From NCBI GenBank assembly GCA_963702435.1, contig CAVPCR010000001.1, positions 864,001-928,000 on the forward strand: a stretch of 64,000 nucleotides of DNA. The letters are read 5' to 3'. Made by a program: the position numbers and the translations under genes. Positions 1 to 10,209 of this stretch are shown in pieces. Position 1 is the first letter of the stretch; every line of letters begins with the position of its first letter. The notes under the pieces were generated by a model. The model worked only from the letters and a program-made list of their open reading frames with translations. It made no database searches and had not been told where the DNA came from. Source of the DNA: Candidatus Eiseniibacteriota bacterium (GTDB lineage Bacteria; Eisenbacteria; RBG-16-71-46; CAVPCR01).

Positions 1-1898
1 ACGAGCGTGGCGCGGAGCTCGGTGTCGTCCGTGCCGACGTCGACCGTGTACTCCCGCACATCGAACGGCGCGAGGAGGTCGCTCTCGTCGATGATCAGCA
101 GGCGTTCGCGGTCGTCGTGGAGCTTCCGGAGATCGGCCGTGCCCCAGCCCTGCTTGAAACGGTCGAGGTCGCTGTTCGGCCCGGCGACGTGCCAGTCGTA
201 GCGATACGCCGTGTTGATCATGAGCGCCCGGGCCGTCGTCATGTGCGGGCGATCGTCGAACACCGACGCGCCGCCGCCGAACCCGGGAAACACCCCCTCG
301 TGCCACATCTGGAAGAGGAGCCCGAAGTGGCCGGCGGTGATCGGCGTCGCAACGCTGGTGCCGCTCCCGGAGGTCGTGTACCCGCCGCCGACCGTGGCGG
401 TGTAGATGTAGTCGCAGAAGTGCGCGAGGTCGGGTTTGACCCGCCCGTCGGCGGCCGGGCCGATGCTCGCGTAGTTCCTCCAGCCGTCGTCGCTGCGATC
501 GAGCGTGTCGAGATGCTTGATGCCGCCACAGGCGACGATGTTCTTGGCCCACGCCTGCGGGCGCGACATCTGGTCGCCGTTGTTGCTCTGCGACTGGGTG
601 ATCAGGATGTCGTAGAGGAAGAGGATGTCGTCCATCTCGGCCGAGATGGTCGTGTACGCAGTCGTGAGCGCATCACCGGTGCTCACGGTCTGGAAGACGG
701 CCCGGTAGGGGCCGGTCGGATCGACGAGCTCGGCGGTGTGCTCGTAGCGGGTCGGCCCGCCGCCCAGGAGCGGGGTGCGATACGCGTAGATCCCCTGGCC
801 GTCGGGCAGGAGCCCCCGCGCGCGCGGGTTGAGTCCTTGCGCGAAGACGATGCCGTAGACCCGCGTCCCGTGGGCGATGTCGCCGCCGGGAAGATGGACC
901 AGCGGCGGGTGGGCCCACTCGGGGTGGGTCAGCTCGAGCTCGGTGTCCATCACCTCGCCGGTGACCCCGGTGCCGTGGAAGCCGAGGGTCGTGTGCACGT
1001 AGTCGCCGCCCCCGAGCGCACGCACCACGTCCATGTCGGCTTCCTGCTCGCCCTTCCGATCGATGAACATGACGTCGTCGTGGCCGGCGGCGGCGAGCAC
1101 CTGCTCGCCGTCGAGCGTGGCCTCGAGCCGGAAGCCCGCGGGGGTCGAGCCGTGCACGATGCCGCCGGCGGCCCGGATCACAGCCGCCACGCGCTCCTGC
1201 GCCGCGGGGCCGCGCTCGTAGCACATGATCGAGTAGCGGCGCGGCACGAGCATGCTCGGCGTCGCGAGCACTCCCGGCGCAGCGAGCGCGGCGAGGATCT
1301 CCTCCTCGAGCTTGTAGGCCGGATGCACGGGGCCGACCCAGCGGACGACCGCCATGCGCGCGACCGCCGCGCGCGAGGCCGGGGGCAAGCGGGCGATGAG
1401 GGCCTGATCGGCGAGGAGCATGTGGACCTCGCCGCCCGCCGCGCGGATGGCGTTCGCGTACTCGGCGAGCGGGCGGGTCAGGAACTGCACGATCGCGAGC
1501 TCGCCGGCCGGGTCGGCGGCGAGCGCCGGCGCGATCTCCGGCCGGCGGGCGAGCGGATCGAACTCGGCGAAGCGAAGCCGCAGGACGTAGCTCGCTTCGC
1601 GCACGCGCGCGAAGCGACGGCCGTCGAGGCTCACGGCATAGGCGTTCGTCGAGCGACCGTCCGCCGCCGCCTCGCGCCAGACGACGGCGACGCCGTCCGC
1701 CCCCGGAAGCGGGATCGCACGTGCCTCGCTGATCCGATGTGAGGTCGCGTGCACCGGGACGCCGTCCCAGAGGAGGGTGTGGCCGGAGTCGGCGAGGAGG
1801 AGCGGCGGCCGGCCGGCGGCGGGCGCCGCCGCGAGGGCCACGCCGAGGGCCACGCCGAGGGCGAAGATCACCGGCAGGAAGAGGGAGGATCTCGGCAC
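1..1898 (-). CDS. Secreted S8 (subtilisin-like) serine peptidase, 3' end beyond the window
   Basis: My own translation (absent from the ORF track because it is open at the window edge). GTG start after GGAGG, signal peptide, and triad motifs VMDTEL / HGTRVYG / SGTSVATP, plus AKNIV and DGRVKPDL. Confidence 0.9.
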   Translation of the reverse strand, partial: MPRSSLFLPVIFALGVALGVALAAAPAAGRPPLLLADSGHTLLWDGVPVHATSHRISEARAIPLPGADGVAVVWREAAADGRSTNAYAVSLDGRRFARVREASYVLRLRFAEFDPLARRPEIAPALAADPAGELAIVQFLTRPLAEYANAIRAAGGEVHMLLADQALIARLPPASRAAVARMAVVRWVGPVHPAYKLEEEILAALAAPGVLATPSMLVPRRYSIMCYERGPAAQERVAAVIRAAGGIVHGSTPAGFRLEATLDGEQVLAAAGHDDVMFIDRKGEQEADMDVVRALGGGDYVHTTLGFHGTGVTGEVMDTELELTHPEWAHPPLVHLPGGDIAHGTRVYGIVFAQGLNPRARGLLPDGQGIYAYRTPLLGGGPTRYEHTAELVDPTGPYRAVFQTVSTGDALTTAYTTISAEMDDILFLYDILITQSQSNNGDQMSRPQAWAKNIVACGGIKHLDTLDRSDDGWRNYASIGPAADGRVKPDLAHFCDYIYTATVGGGYTTSGSGTSVATPITAGHFGLLFQMWHEGVFPGFGGGASVFDDRPHMTTARALMINTAYRYDWHVAGPNSDLDRFKQGWGTADLRKLHDDRERLLIIDESDLLAPFDVREYTVDVGTDDTELRATL

Positions 1899-1942
1899 CA
1901 GCACCTCCGCGCGGGCCACGGGGACCGGGGATGACCTCCTCC

Positions 1943-1948
1943 ATTATA
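1943..1948 (-). promoter_or_regulatory. Possible sigma70 -10 box (TATAAT) for the S8 peptidase
   Basis: Perfect TATAAT on the minus strand about 45 nt upstream of the start, in very GC-rich DNA. No clear -35. Confidence 0.4.
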
Positions 1949-1985
1949 CTCCGGTCGCTTCCCCGACCCGGGCCGGAGACCGACC

Positions 1986-3218
1986 ATGCCCAGCCCCATC
2001 ACCGCATCCGAACGCGCGCGAATCCGGAGCGCCTTCCCGGCGCTCGCCGGCGACTTCGCCTTTCTCGAGAACGCCGGGGGCTCGCAGGTCCCGGCCGTGG
2101 TCGCCGATCGCATCCGCGACTACATGCTCACGACCTACGTCCAGGTCGGAGCCGGCTACCCGCTCTCCGCGGCCGCCACCCGGCTCGTCGCCGACGCCCA
2201 CGCCTTCGTGCGCATGTTCATGAACGGCGAGAACGGGCACGTCATCCTCGGTAGCTCGACGACGACGCTCCTCCGCATGCTCGCCGACTGCTACGCCGAG
2301 GTCCTCCGGCCCGGGCAGGAGATCATCCTGGCCGAGACCGCGCACGAGGCCAATCACGGCCCGTGGACGCGCCTTGCCGGCCGCGGGCTCGTGATCCGCC
2401 CCTGGCGGATGGATCCCGATACGTTCACCTGCTCGCTCGACGAGCTCGCGGCGCTCCTCACCCCGCGAACGGCGATCGTCGCCTTTCCGCATGTCTCGAA
2501 CCTGCTCGGCGACATCGTGGATGTGCAGGCCGTGACTCGACTCGCCCATCGGGCCGGCGCGCGCGTCGTCGTCGACGGGGTCGCCTACGCGCCGCATCGC
2601 GCGATCGATGTCCGGGCCTGGGACGTCGACTGGTACGCCTACTCGACCTACAAGGTCTACGGCCCGCACATGGCGGCCCTCTACGGGCGCCGGGATGCGC
2701 TCGCCGAGCTCACGGGCCCCAATCACTTCTTCGTCCCGCGCGAGGACCTGCCCTACAAGTTCGAACCGGGCGGGCCGAGCCACGAGGGCTGCGCCGGCCT
2801 CCTCGCGCTCGGCGAGTACTTGAAGCTCGTCGCCGGCGAGGCGTCGGATCGCCCGTGCGATCGCGGCACCGTGACGCGGGCGTACGACCTGATGACCGCC
2901 CTCGAACGCCCGCTCCAGGAGATGCTGATCGAGCACCTGCGAGCGCAGCCCGCGGTGCGGCTCATCGGCCCGGCCGCATCCGACGACTCGCGCGTGCCGA
3001 CCGTGAGCTTCGTCCACCGGACGCTCCCCTCGCGCGAGATCGCGGCCCGCGTGCAGGCCGCCGCGATCGGCATCCGACACGGCCACATGTACGCCTACCA
3101 CCTGGTCCGGGCGCTCGGACTCGACCCCGCAGACGGTGTGGTGCGCGCGAGCTTCGTCCACTACAACACGCCGGAGGAAGCGGATCGCCTGATCGCGGCG
3201 CTCGGACCGATCTGCTGA
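1986..3218 (+). CDS. Cysteine desulfurase-like class V PLP aminotransferase
   Basis: FLENAGGSQVP, HEAN, DGVAYAPH, YSTYKVYGPH (PLP Lys), VRASFVHYNT. Confidence 0.9.
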   Translation: MPSPITASERARIRSAFPALAGDFAFLENAGGSQVPAVVADRIRDYMLTTYVQVGAGYPLSAAATRLVADAHAFVRMFMNGENGHVILGSSTTTLLRMLADCYAEVLRPGQEIILAETAHEANHGPWTRLAGRGLVIRPWRMDPDTFTCSLDELAALLTPRTAIVAFPHVSNLLGDIVDVQAVTRLAHRAGARVVVDGVAYAPHRAIDVRAWDVDWYAYSTYKVYGPHMAALYGRRDALAELTGPNHFFVPREDLPYKFEPGGPSHEGCAGLLALGEYLKLVAGEASDRPCDRGTVTRAYDLMTALERPLQEMLIEHLRAQPAVRLIGPAASDDSRVPTVSFVHRTLPSREIAARVQAAAIGIRHGHMYAYHLVRALGLDPADGVVRASFVHYNTPEEADRLIAALGPIC

Positions 3219-3391
3219 TCCTGCACCGAGATCGCGGGCTTCGGAGGTCACAACGACAGGCGGACCGGACATTCCGCTTGCGCTCTCGACCCGACTCGCT
3301 TCTAATGAGGGTTCTTCCCGGACCGGACAGGGATCGCCCGGTGCGGTCACCTCGCTCCTCCCCCCGTGCCCAGCCGAAAGGGATCCGCTCG

Positions 3392-5164
3392 ATGCCGAAG
3401 GTGTTGCTCGTCTATCCGGAGAACCCCCCCACCTTCTGGAGCGCCAACGAGACCTTGAAGCTGGCCGGCCGCAAGTCGGCCTTCCCGCCGCTCGGGCTCG
3501 TCACCGTCGCCGGCCTCCTCCCCCGCGACTACGATCTCAAGCTCGTCGACCTGAACGTCGAGCCGCTCCGCGATCGCGACATCCTGTGGGCCGACGTGAT
3601 CCTCACCTCGTCGATGATCATCCACTGGCCCTCGCTCGAGGAAATCATCGCGCGCGCCAACGCCCTGGGCACCCCGATCGTGAACGGCGGACCGCTGCCG
3701 ACCCAGTACCACGCCGAGATCGCCGGCGACGCCGTCTTCTACCTGGGCGAGGCCGAGAACGGGTTCGTGGACGTGGTCGAGGATGCGATCCGCGCCGGCG
3801 CCCACGGCGGCCGCCGGATCGTCGATCGGCGCGGGGCGTTCAAGAGCCTCGAGGAGACTCCGGTGCCGCGCTGGGACCTGATCGCGCTCGACGACTACGG
3901 CACGACGATGATCCAGATCACGCGCGGCTGTCCCGAGAGCTGCACCTTCTGCAACATCCCGGCCCTCTACGGCAAGACGACACGGCTCCGCGCCGAGACC
4001 CGCACCACGCGCGAGCTGGATGTCCTCTATGACGCCGGCTGGCGCGGGCTCGTGATGGTCGTGGACGACAACTTCGTCGGCAATCGCACGGCGATCCGCA
4101 CCATCCTCGAGAACGAGGTCATTCCGTGGCAGCAGGAGCGCGACTACCCGTTCCAGCTGTTCACGCAGGCGTCGATCCGGCTGACCGAGGATCCCGCGCT
4201 CATGGAAGCGATGCGCGAGGCGGGGTTCGCGACCATCTTCGTCGGCATCGAGTCGCCCTCGGCCGACAGCCTCAAGTTCATGGCCGCGCAGAAGAACCTC
4301 CAGGGCGACGGGAGCCTCGTCGAGAAAGTGCGGACGCTCCAGAGCTACGGCTTCCAGGTGCAGGCCGGGTTCATCGTCGGCTTCGACACCGATCCCGCCG
4401 ACATCGCCGATGTGACGATCGACTTCATCCAGGAGGCCGCGATCCCGGTGGCCATGGTCGGCATCCTCGGCGTCCTCCCCGACACGCCCGACTACACCCG
4501 CTACAAGCGGCTCGGACGGCTGGTCGAGGGAGTCAAGTACTCGGGCGACTCGGGGCTCTTCAGCCGGCAGTTGAGCTTCGTGCCCAACATCGACCCCGAG
4601 GAGCTCTTCGCGCGCCACCGGCGGATCGTCGAGACGGTGAACAGCCCCGAGCGCTTCTTCGAGCGCTGCCTCGCGCTCTTGAGCCACCAGAAGCGCGCCC
4701 CCCGGGCCGGGCTCAAGATCGCTCCCTGGCACATCGCCACCCTCTTCCGCTCGCTCTGGCACCAGGGGATCCTGAGCCCCTATCGTCGCGCTTACTGGCG
4801 CTACCTGGCCGCGATCCTCCGCCGGCATCCGCGGCGCTTTGTCTCCGCCTTCACCATGGGCGTGCTCGCGCACCATCCGATCACCGCAACCCAGCAGGCG
4901 CTGCGCGCGGCGAGCTTCCGCACGTACTGCGAGGAAGCCTTGCAGCGCTTCGAGCGCCTGGTCGCGACCCGACCGGCCGACGCGGCCGCCATCCGCCGTC
5001 ACGCGGCGGATCTCCTCGACACCGCCCACCGGCGCTACGCCGCGCTCAAGCGCGACTTCCAGAACCAGGTCAAGGAGACGCTCGCATCCTTCCGCACGGG
5101 CGTCACGCGCATCGCCGAGATGGCCGAGATGGACTCGAGAGGGCGGCTGCCCGGGCAGTCGTGA
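3392..5164 (+). CDS. B12-binding radical SAM protein with DUF4070-type C-terminus (HpnP-like family)
   Basis: PPLGLVTVA cobalamin-binding region, RGCPESCTFC (CxxxCxxC), VDDNF, GIES, GFIVGFDTD. Real ATG at 3392 inside the longer ORF. Confidence 0.88.
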   Translation: MPKVLLVYPENPPTFWSANETLKLAGRKSAFPPLGLVTVAGLLPRDYDLKLVDLNVEPLRDRDILWADVILTSSMIIHWPSLEEIIARANALGTPIVNGGPLPTQYHAEIAGDAVFYLGEAENGFVDVVEDAIRAGAHGGRRIVDRRGAFKSLEETPVPRWDLIALDDYGTTMIQITRGCPESCTFCNIPALYGKTTRLRAETRTTRELDVLYDAGWRGLVMVVDDNFVGNRTAIRTILENEVIPWQQERDYPFQLFTQASIRLTEDPALMEAMREAGFATIFVGIESPSADSLKFMAAQKNLQGDGSLVEKVRTLQSYGFQVQAGFIVGFDTDPADIADVTIDFIQEAAIPVAMVGILGVLPDTPDYTRYKRLGRLVEGVKYSGDSGLFSRQLSFVPNIDPEELFARHRRIVETVNSPERFFERCLALLSHQKRAPRAGLKIAPWHIATLFRSLWHQGILSPYRRAYWRYLAAILRRHPRRFVSAFTMGVLAHHPITATQQALRAASFRTYCEEALQRFERLVATRPADAAAIRRHAADLLDTAHRRYAALKRDFQNQVKETLASFRTGVTRIAEMAEMDSRGRLPGQS

Positions 5165-5345
5165 GCCTCGCCGGCCGTACCTGCCCGAGCAGTCGGAGGC
5201 CCCACCCGGTCCTGACGGGGATGCTGTCTCCGCCCTAGATTCAGGCGCGATTCGCTCGCCCCGACCCGCGCCGAGGTCCCGGTCCTGCCAGGCGCGGGGA
5301 GTCGCATCGTCCCAGCGCAGCCATCTCAGAGGAAAGGGTCCCGCC

Positions 5346-7028
5346 ATGCGCCGTCCCGCCCCGGGCGTACTCGCTCCGTGCTTCGCCGTCCTCCTCGCCG
5401 CCGTCCTCGTCGCCGCCGTCCTCGTCGCTCCCGCATGCGTGCGCTCGCCCGCGCCCGAGGCTCCCCTCTTCGCGGACCTCGGCGGGAACGTGCACCGCAA
5501 GGTCACGACGCGCTCGGCCACGGCCCAGCGCTACTTCGACCAGGGGCTCACCTTCGTCTGGGGTTTCAATCACGAGGAGGCGATCCGGTCCTTCCAGGAG
5601 GTGGCGCGCCAGGATCCGCGGTGCGCCATGGCCTACTGGGGCATGGCGCTCGCAGCAGGCCCGAACATCAACAATCCGGCCATGGATGACTCGACATCGA
5701 AGGCGGCGTTCGAGGCCGTTGAGGAGGCCGAGCGCCGGTCGGGGCGCGCCACCCCGGTCGAAAAGGATCTGATCGCCGCGCTCACCAGGCGCTATGTCTA
5801 TCCGCCGCCCGCGGATCGGAAGTCGCTCGACCAGGCCTATGCGGATGCCATGCGCGAGGTGTGGCGCAAGTACTCTCAGGATTCCGATGTCGGCGCGCTG
5901 TTCGCCGAGGCGCTCATGGATCTCCGCCCGTGGGACCTGTGGTCGCCGGAGGGCGAGCCGCGTCCCGAGACGCCCGAGGTGCTCGCGACAATCGAGGCCG
6001 TGCTCGCCCTCGCCCCCGACCATCCGGGCGGCAACCACTACTACGTGCACGCCTGCGAGGCGTCGCCCGATCCCGGAAAGGCGCTCCCCGCCGCCGACAA
6101 GCTCAGGAACATGGTCCCCGGCGCGGGGCATCTCGTGCACATGCCATCGCACATCGACATCCGGCTCGGGCACTACGACGAGGCGATCGCCGCCAACGAG
6201 CGTGGGATCGCCGCCGATCTCGCTTACGTGAATCAGGTCGGGCGCGGTGGGTTCTACACCTTGTATCGCGCGCACAACTACCACTTCCTGGCCTACGCCG
6301 CCATGTTCGACGGGCGGCGCGAGCTCGCCCTGCAGGCGGCGCGCGACATGATCAACGAGGTGCCGCTCGAGCTCGTGCGCTCGCTGCCGAACTTCCTGGA
6401 CGCCTACCTGGCCACGCCCTACCACGTGATGGTGCGCTTCGGACTGTGGGAGGGCCTCTTGAAGGAGCCGGCCCCGCCCGCCGACCTGAAGGCGACGACC
6501 GCGTTCTGGCATGGCACGCGCACGGTGGCGCTCGCCGCGCTCGGCCGCGTGGACGAGGCGACCGCGGCCCGCGCGGCGTTCGAGGTCGCCTGCGCGGAGG
6601 TGCCCGCGGAGTATCTCCTCGGGAACAACCCGGTGCGCAGCGTGCTCGATGTCGCGCGGCCCTTCGTCGAGGGCGAGCTCGAGTACCGGAAGGGGAACGT
6701 GGATCGCGCCTTCGAGCTATTGCGGGAGTCGGTTAAGCGCGACGAGGCGCTCCGCTACGACGAACCGTGGGGATGGATGGAGCCCGTGAGCCACGCCCTC
6801 GGCGCGCTCCTCCTCGAGCAGGGCCGGGTCGCGGAGGCGACGGCGGTCTACCGCCGGGATCTCGAGCTCCATCCCGGCAACGGCTGGGCGCTCCACGGGC
6901 TGGCCGAATGCCTCCGGCGGAGCGGCGAGGCGGCGGAGGCCGCGGCGGTCGAGGCGCGCTACAAGGAGGCCTGGTCAGAAGCGGACATCGCGATCAAGGC
7001 GTCCTGCTTCTGTCGGACCAAGGCGTAG
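5346..7028 (+). CDS. Exported TPR-repeat protein with conserved His motifs
   Basis: Signal or lipoprotein-like N-terminus; AQRYFDQGL..WGFNHEEA; HPGGNHYYVH; GAGHLVHMPSH; TPR-like helices. Confidence 0.8.
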   Translation: MRRPAPGVLAPCFAVLLAAVLVAAVLVAPACVRSPAPEAPLFADLGGNVHRKVTTRSATAQRYFDQGLTFVWGFNHEEAIRSFQEVARQDPRCAMAYWGMALAAGPNINNPAMDDSTSKAAFEAVEEAERRSGRATPVEKDLIAALTRRYVYPPPADRKSLDQAYADAMREVWRKYSQDSDVGALFAEALMDLRPWDLWSPEGEPRPETPEVLATIEAVLALAPDHPGGNHYYVHACEASPDPGKALPAADKLRNMVPGAGHLVHMPSHIDIRLGHYDEAIAANERGIAADLAYVNQVGRGGFYTLYRAHNYHFLAYAAMFDGRRELALQAARDMINEVPLELVRSLPNFLDAYLATPYHVMVRFGLWEGLLKEPAPPADLKATTAFWHGTRTVALAALGRVDEATAARAAFEVACAEVPAEYLLGNNPVRSVLDVARPFVEGELEYRKGNVDRAFELLRESVKRDEALRYDEPWGWMEPVSHALGALLLEQGRVAEATAVYRRDLELHPGNGWALHGLAECLRRSGEAAEAAAVEARYKEAWSEADIAIKASCFCRTKA

Positions 7029-7150
7029 ACGGGCGCGGGCGACGGCGGGGTGCCGGGCGGGCGGCGCCCCGCCGCACCCCCTGTCGCCGGCGTCCCCGAA
7101 TCCTCCGGCCGGGATCCTGGCTCCCACCCCGTGAAAGGAGCCGGAGAGCC

Positions 7151-7825
7151 ATGAAGCTGATTCCATCCCGCGAGACCCAGTTGCTCCGCGACCACTTCGC
7201 GAACGAGATGACCGGCCCGGTCACGATCGAGCTCTACACGCAGCGCGAATCGAGCATCATCCTCCCGATCCAGGAATGCGCAACCTGCAAGGACACCCGC
7301 GAGCTCTTGACCGAGGTGGCAGGTCTCTCGAACTCGATCCAGCTCGAGGCGCACGACTTCGTGGCGGAGACGGACGGGGCCCGGGCCGCGGGGATCGATC
7401 GCATTCCGGCCTTCGTGCTCAAGGGAGCTGCGAAGGGGCGAGTGCGCTACTTCGGCATCCCGTCCGGGTACGAGTTCACGAGCCTGATCCAGGGCCTGAC
7501 GGACGTCTCGCGCGGCACGACCGATCTCGCCGCGGCGACCAGGGAGGCGCTGGCCGGGCTCACGACGGACGTGCACATCAAGGTGTTCGTGACGCCGACC
7601 TGCCCCCACTGCCCCGGCATCGCGCACCTCGCCCACCAGTTCGCGATCGAGAGCCCCCGCATCACCGCCGACGTGATCGAGGCGAGCGAGTTCCCCGACC
7701 TCGTCCAGCGCTACGGGGTGAGCGGCGTGCCGCGAACCATCATCAACGAGACGATCGACCTGATGGGCGCGGTGCCCGAGGCGAGCTTCCTCGAAGCGAT
7801 CTTGCAGACACAAAGGGCGGCTTAG
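7151..7825 (+). CDS. Protein disulfide oxidoreductase (two thioredoxin folds, PDO / AhpF-NTD-like)
   Basis: CATC and CPHC motifs; RYFGIPSGYEF; YGVSGVPRTIIN. Confidence 0.88.
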   Translation: MKLIPSRETQLLRDHFANEMTGPVTIELYTQRESSIILPIQECATCKDTRELLTEVAGLSNSIQLEAHDFVAETDGARAAGIDRIPAFVLKGAAKGRVRYFGIPSGYEFTSLIQGLTDVSRGTTDLAAATREALAGLTTDVHIKVFVTPTCPHCPGIAHLAHQFAIESPRITADVIEASEFPDLVQRYGVSGVPRTIINETIDLMGAVPEASFLEAILQTQRAA

Positions 7826-7869
7826 CCAACCGCCCGGGGATCACGCGAGGTCTACGCAGCGACGGCGCT

Positions 7870-7925
7870 CTACTCCCACAGAGCCCGGATGGGGACGGCG
7901 AACAGGTTCTCGCCGAAGGGCACAA
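7870..7925 (-). pseudogene. Possible remnant C-terminus of a DUF4143 / COG1373 AAA-ATPase
   Basis: Minus frame reads VPFGENLFAVPIRALWE-stop, matching the typical PFG..L.AVP..ALW ending of this family. No upstream gene body. Confidence 0.4.
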
Positions 7926-7979
7926 ACCGCAGATCGTCGCGGCTGATTGCAAGGTTTCTGCTCGGCTGATTGAAACCTC

Positions 7980-8564
7980 TCATCCCGGTCGTTCGAGAGG
8001 TCCCTTCCTGGCGGCTGGCGGCCGCCGGCTGTGGGATGCCGGAGCCTGGCAGGCCGCCTCCCGTGTCAGGGCGGCGATCATCGCCGCGAGCCCGGGAAAT
8101 GCGCGGACGAGCGCGGCACGATCGCCCAGCTCGAAGTCCCGCGGATCGAATCCGGGCGCCATGGTCGTCCCCAGGAGAGCGAAGGCACCACCCTCTAGCA
8201 GTCGCGACCCCTGCCACACCCCCGCCGGGACGACCACTTGCGGAGCCATGCCGTTCGCGATGTCCCTGCCGATGATGACCGCTTCGCCCGTGCCGTCCTC
8301 CCTGAGCTGGAGCATCTCGACAGGGTCACCCAGGTAGAAGTGGTAGACCTCGTCGCCACGCAGGCGGTGCATCGCGGAGAAGCTGTCCGGCGTGAGCAGG
8401 TAGTAGATCGCGGTGCCGGCCGCGCGATCGCCCCCATACTCTCCGGGCAGCGCCGGCGCCGGCAGACGGAGTCGCGAGCGGTAGGTCTCCCGGAAGAACC
8501 CACCTTCTCCGGGCAGCGGTGCGAGATCCAGCATCCGAATCACGTCGTCAGCGCTCGGAGCCAT
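7980..8564 (-). CDS. Cupin, YML079/DUF985 family
   Basis: LDLAPLPGEGGFFRETYRS, TAIYYLL, HRLRGDEVYHFYLG, TTMAPGFD. Confidence 0.88.
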   Translation of the reverse strand: MAPSADDVIRMLDLAPLPGEGGFFRETYRSRLRLPAPALPGEYGGDRAAGTAIYYLLTPDSFSAMHRLRGDEVYHFYLGDPVEMLQLREDGTGEAVIIGRDIANGMAPQVVVPAGVWQGSRLLEGGAFALLGTTMAPGFDPRDFELGDRAALVRAFPGLAAMIAALTREAACQAPASHSRRPPAARKGPLERPG

Positions 8565-8687
8565 GGCAGACACCTCTCACAGCTCGACCGATGTTCAGTC
8601 CGCGGGCGATGCGGCAACGACCCACGCTTCCAGCTTCCCGGCGGCGGCCAGCACCGCGGGATCCGGACGCCACCTCACCGGCAGTGC

Positions 8688-10067
8688 CTACTTCCCGCTG
8701 CGCGCTTCCTCGTCCGTGTGCCCGTCGGCGTAGTGGCCGCGGACCTTCACGATCCTGCCCTTCGCGTCGCGCTCGAAGCCGAGGCGGAAGAAATCGAGGT
8801 CCACGACCCGGAAGAGGTCCTTCGCCATCGGCTCCATCCGGAAGCTCGGGCGACCCTCCCGCTGGTAGTGGAGCGACCCGTTCTCGAGGAAGATGCGGCG
8901 CGGTCCATAGTCGCCCACGTATTCCTTCATCTGCGGCGCGGAGAGCGCGAGCGGGTGCCGGTGGCTCTCCACATCGGCGAGCGCCCACGCGAGCTCGAAC
9001 TTGTCCGCCTCGTCCTCGGCGGCGGCCATGAGCTTCTGCAAGGCATCGGCGTACGCGGCGTCGAGCGCCTCGGCGGCAGGCACCGGCATGTGCGGGACCA
9101 CACCCTTGCCTTCCCAGCCCTCGTTGTTCTCCGGATTGTAGGCGCGGCCGTAGGGGACGCGGATCCCGATGCGGAATCCCTTGAAGTCGAACATGCTCGA
9201 GGCCACGGTGTGTCCCGCGCCGCCGGTCGTATCGCCGACGACGGTCGCCCGCTCGAGATTGCGGAGGTCGAAGGTGAACTCCTCGGCCGCGGAGAACGTG
9301 TTCCCGCTCACGAGGACGTAGACCGGCTGCTCGGCGATGCGTTTCCCCGGCACGTAGTCGGCGCTCCGCGACTGGACGGTCGTCTTCTCGGCGCGGATGT
9401 CCCAGTTGATGAGGTGGGTCTCCTCCGCGAAGAGATAGCCGCAGAGATAGCGGATCATCGCCGCATCGCCGCCGCCGTTGTTGCGGAGATCGAGGATCAC
9501 GGCCCGGCTCAAGGCAAGGAAGTTCATGGCGGCGGTCGCGGCCGCGAAGGCGTCGTCCCCCGACCCGAAGTTGTCGAAGCGCAGGTAGCCCACGCCTCCG
9601 GGCAGGATCTCGGCCTTCTTGAAGCCGTAGTTCGTCGCCCGCATGAGCCGCCGGTGGCGCTCGACCTGGGCCGGGTCCTCATCAGGAGCGGTCGCCTGGA
9701 GCGCCGGGTCGAGCGGCGGGAGGGCGGCGATCTGGAAGTGGCCGTCGTGGTTGATGGCCTGCGCGTCCTCGTACAGCCGGTCCGCGAAGACTGCCGGGTC
9801 GGAGATCTCATCGTAGCGGCCGGCCGCGAGGTTCGAGCGGAGGCCGGCCACGATGCGCCGGGCCGGCTCCTCGAGCACGTACACCGAGTCGATCACCGCC
9901 GTCACGCTGTCGACGATGGCGGCCCGGGCGGCGGCATCGATCGGCGGCAGAGTGCCCGGGGCGGCGACCTGAGCAGGCGCGGCCGGGGCGAGAGTCTGGA
10001 GAACGAGGATCGCGAGGCCGGTCATCCATCCTGACCGGCGGCCGGACATCCTGCATCGTGGGAACAT
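8688..10067 (-). CDS. Secreted S41 peptidase (IRBP-like)
   Basis: Signal peptide; GYLRFDNF, ILDLRNNGGG, TFSAAEEF, VVGDTTGG, WEGKGVVP. RBS AGGAGG before the ATG at 10067. Confidence 0.9.
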   Translation of the reverse strand: MFPRCRMSGRRSGWMTGLAILVLQTLAPAAPAQVAAPGTLPPIDAAARAAIVDSVTAVIDSVYVLEEPARRIVAGLRSNLAAGRYDEISDPAVFADRLYEDAQAINHDGHFQIAALPPLDPALQATAPDEDPAQVERHRRLMRATNYGFKKAEILPGGVGYLRFDNFGSGDDAFAAATAAMNFLALSRAVILDLRNNGGGDAAMIRYLCGYLFAEETHLINWDIRAEKTTVQSRSADYVPGKRIAEQPVYVLVSGNTFSAAEEFTFDLRNLERATVVGDTTGGAGHTVASSMFDFKGFRIGIRVPYGRAYNPENNEGWEGKGVVPHMPVPAAEALDAAYADALQKLMAAAEDEADKFELAWALADVESHRHPLALSAPQMKEYVGDYGPRRIFLENGSLHYQREGRPSFRMEPMAKDLFRVVDLDFFRLGFERDAKGRIVKVRGHYADGHTDEEARSGK

Positions 10068-10209
10068 GAGGCCTCCTGGCTCCGAGGCAGCCGTCTTCAA
10101 CCGGGACCGGCGGTCGGTCTCTCCTTCGGCTATACGCCGGCGTCCCTCCCGCCGTTGCGCCTCGTTGCTGCCGCGCCTCGTTGATACCCGGCCGCTTCTC
10201 CGGCCGGGC

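Noticed and set aside
117..1742. Long ORFs antisense or out of frame to real genes (e.g. 117..1742, 11562..15611, 19639..23049, 47572..51006, 51542..54241)
   Set aside because: Shadow ORFs caused by high GC and stop-codon scarcity. They are Arg/Ala/Gly-rich, have no motifs, and overlap well-supported genes.
7940..7980. CRISPR-like repeat ending in ATTGAAAC
   Set aside because: Single copy, no spacer array, and no cas genes.
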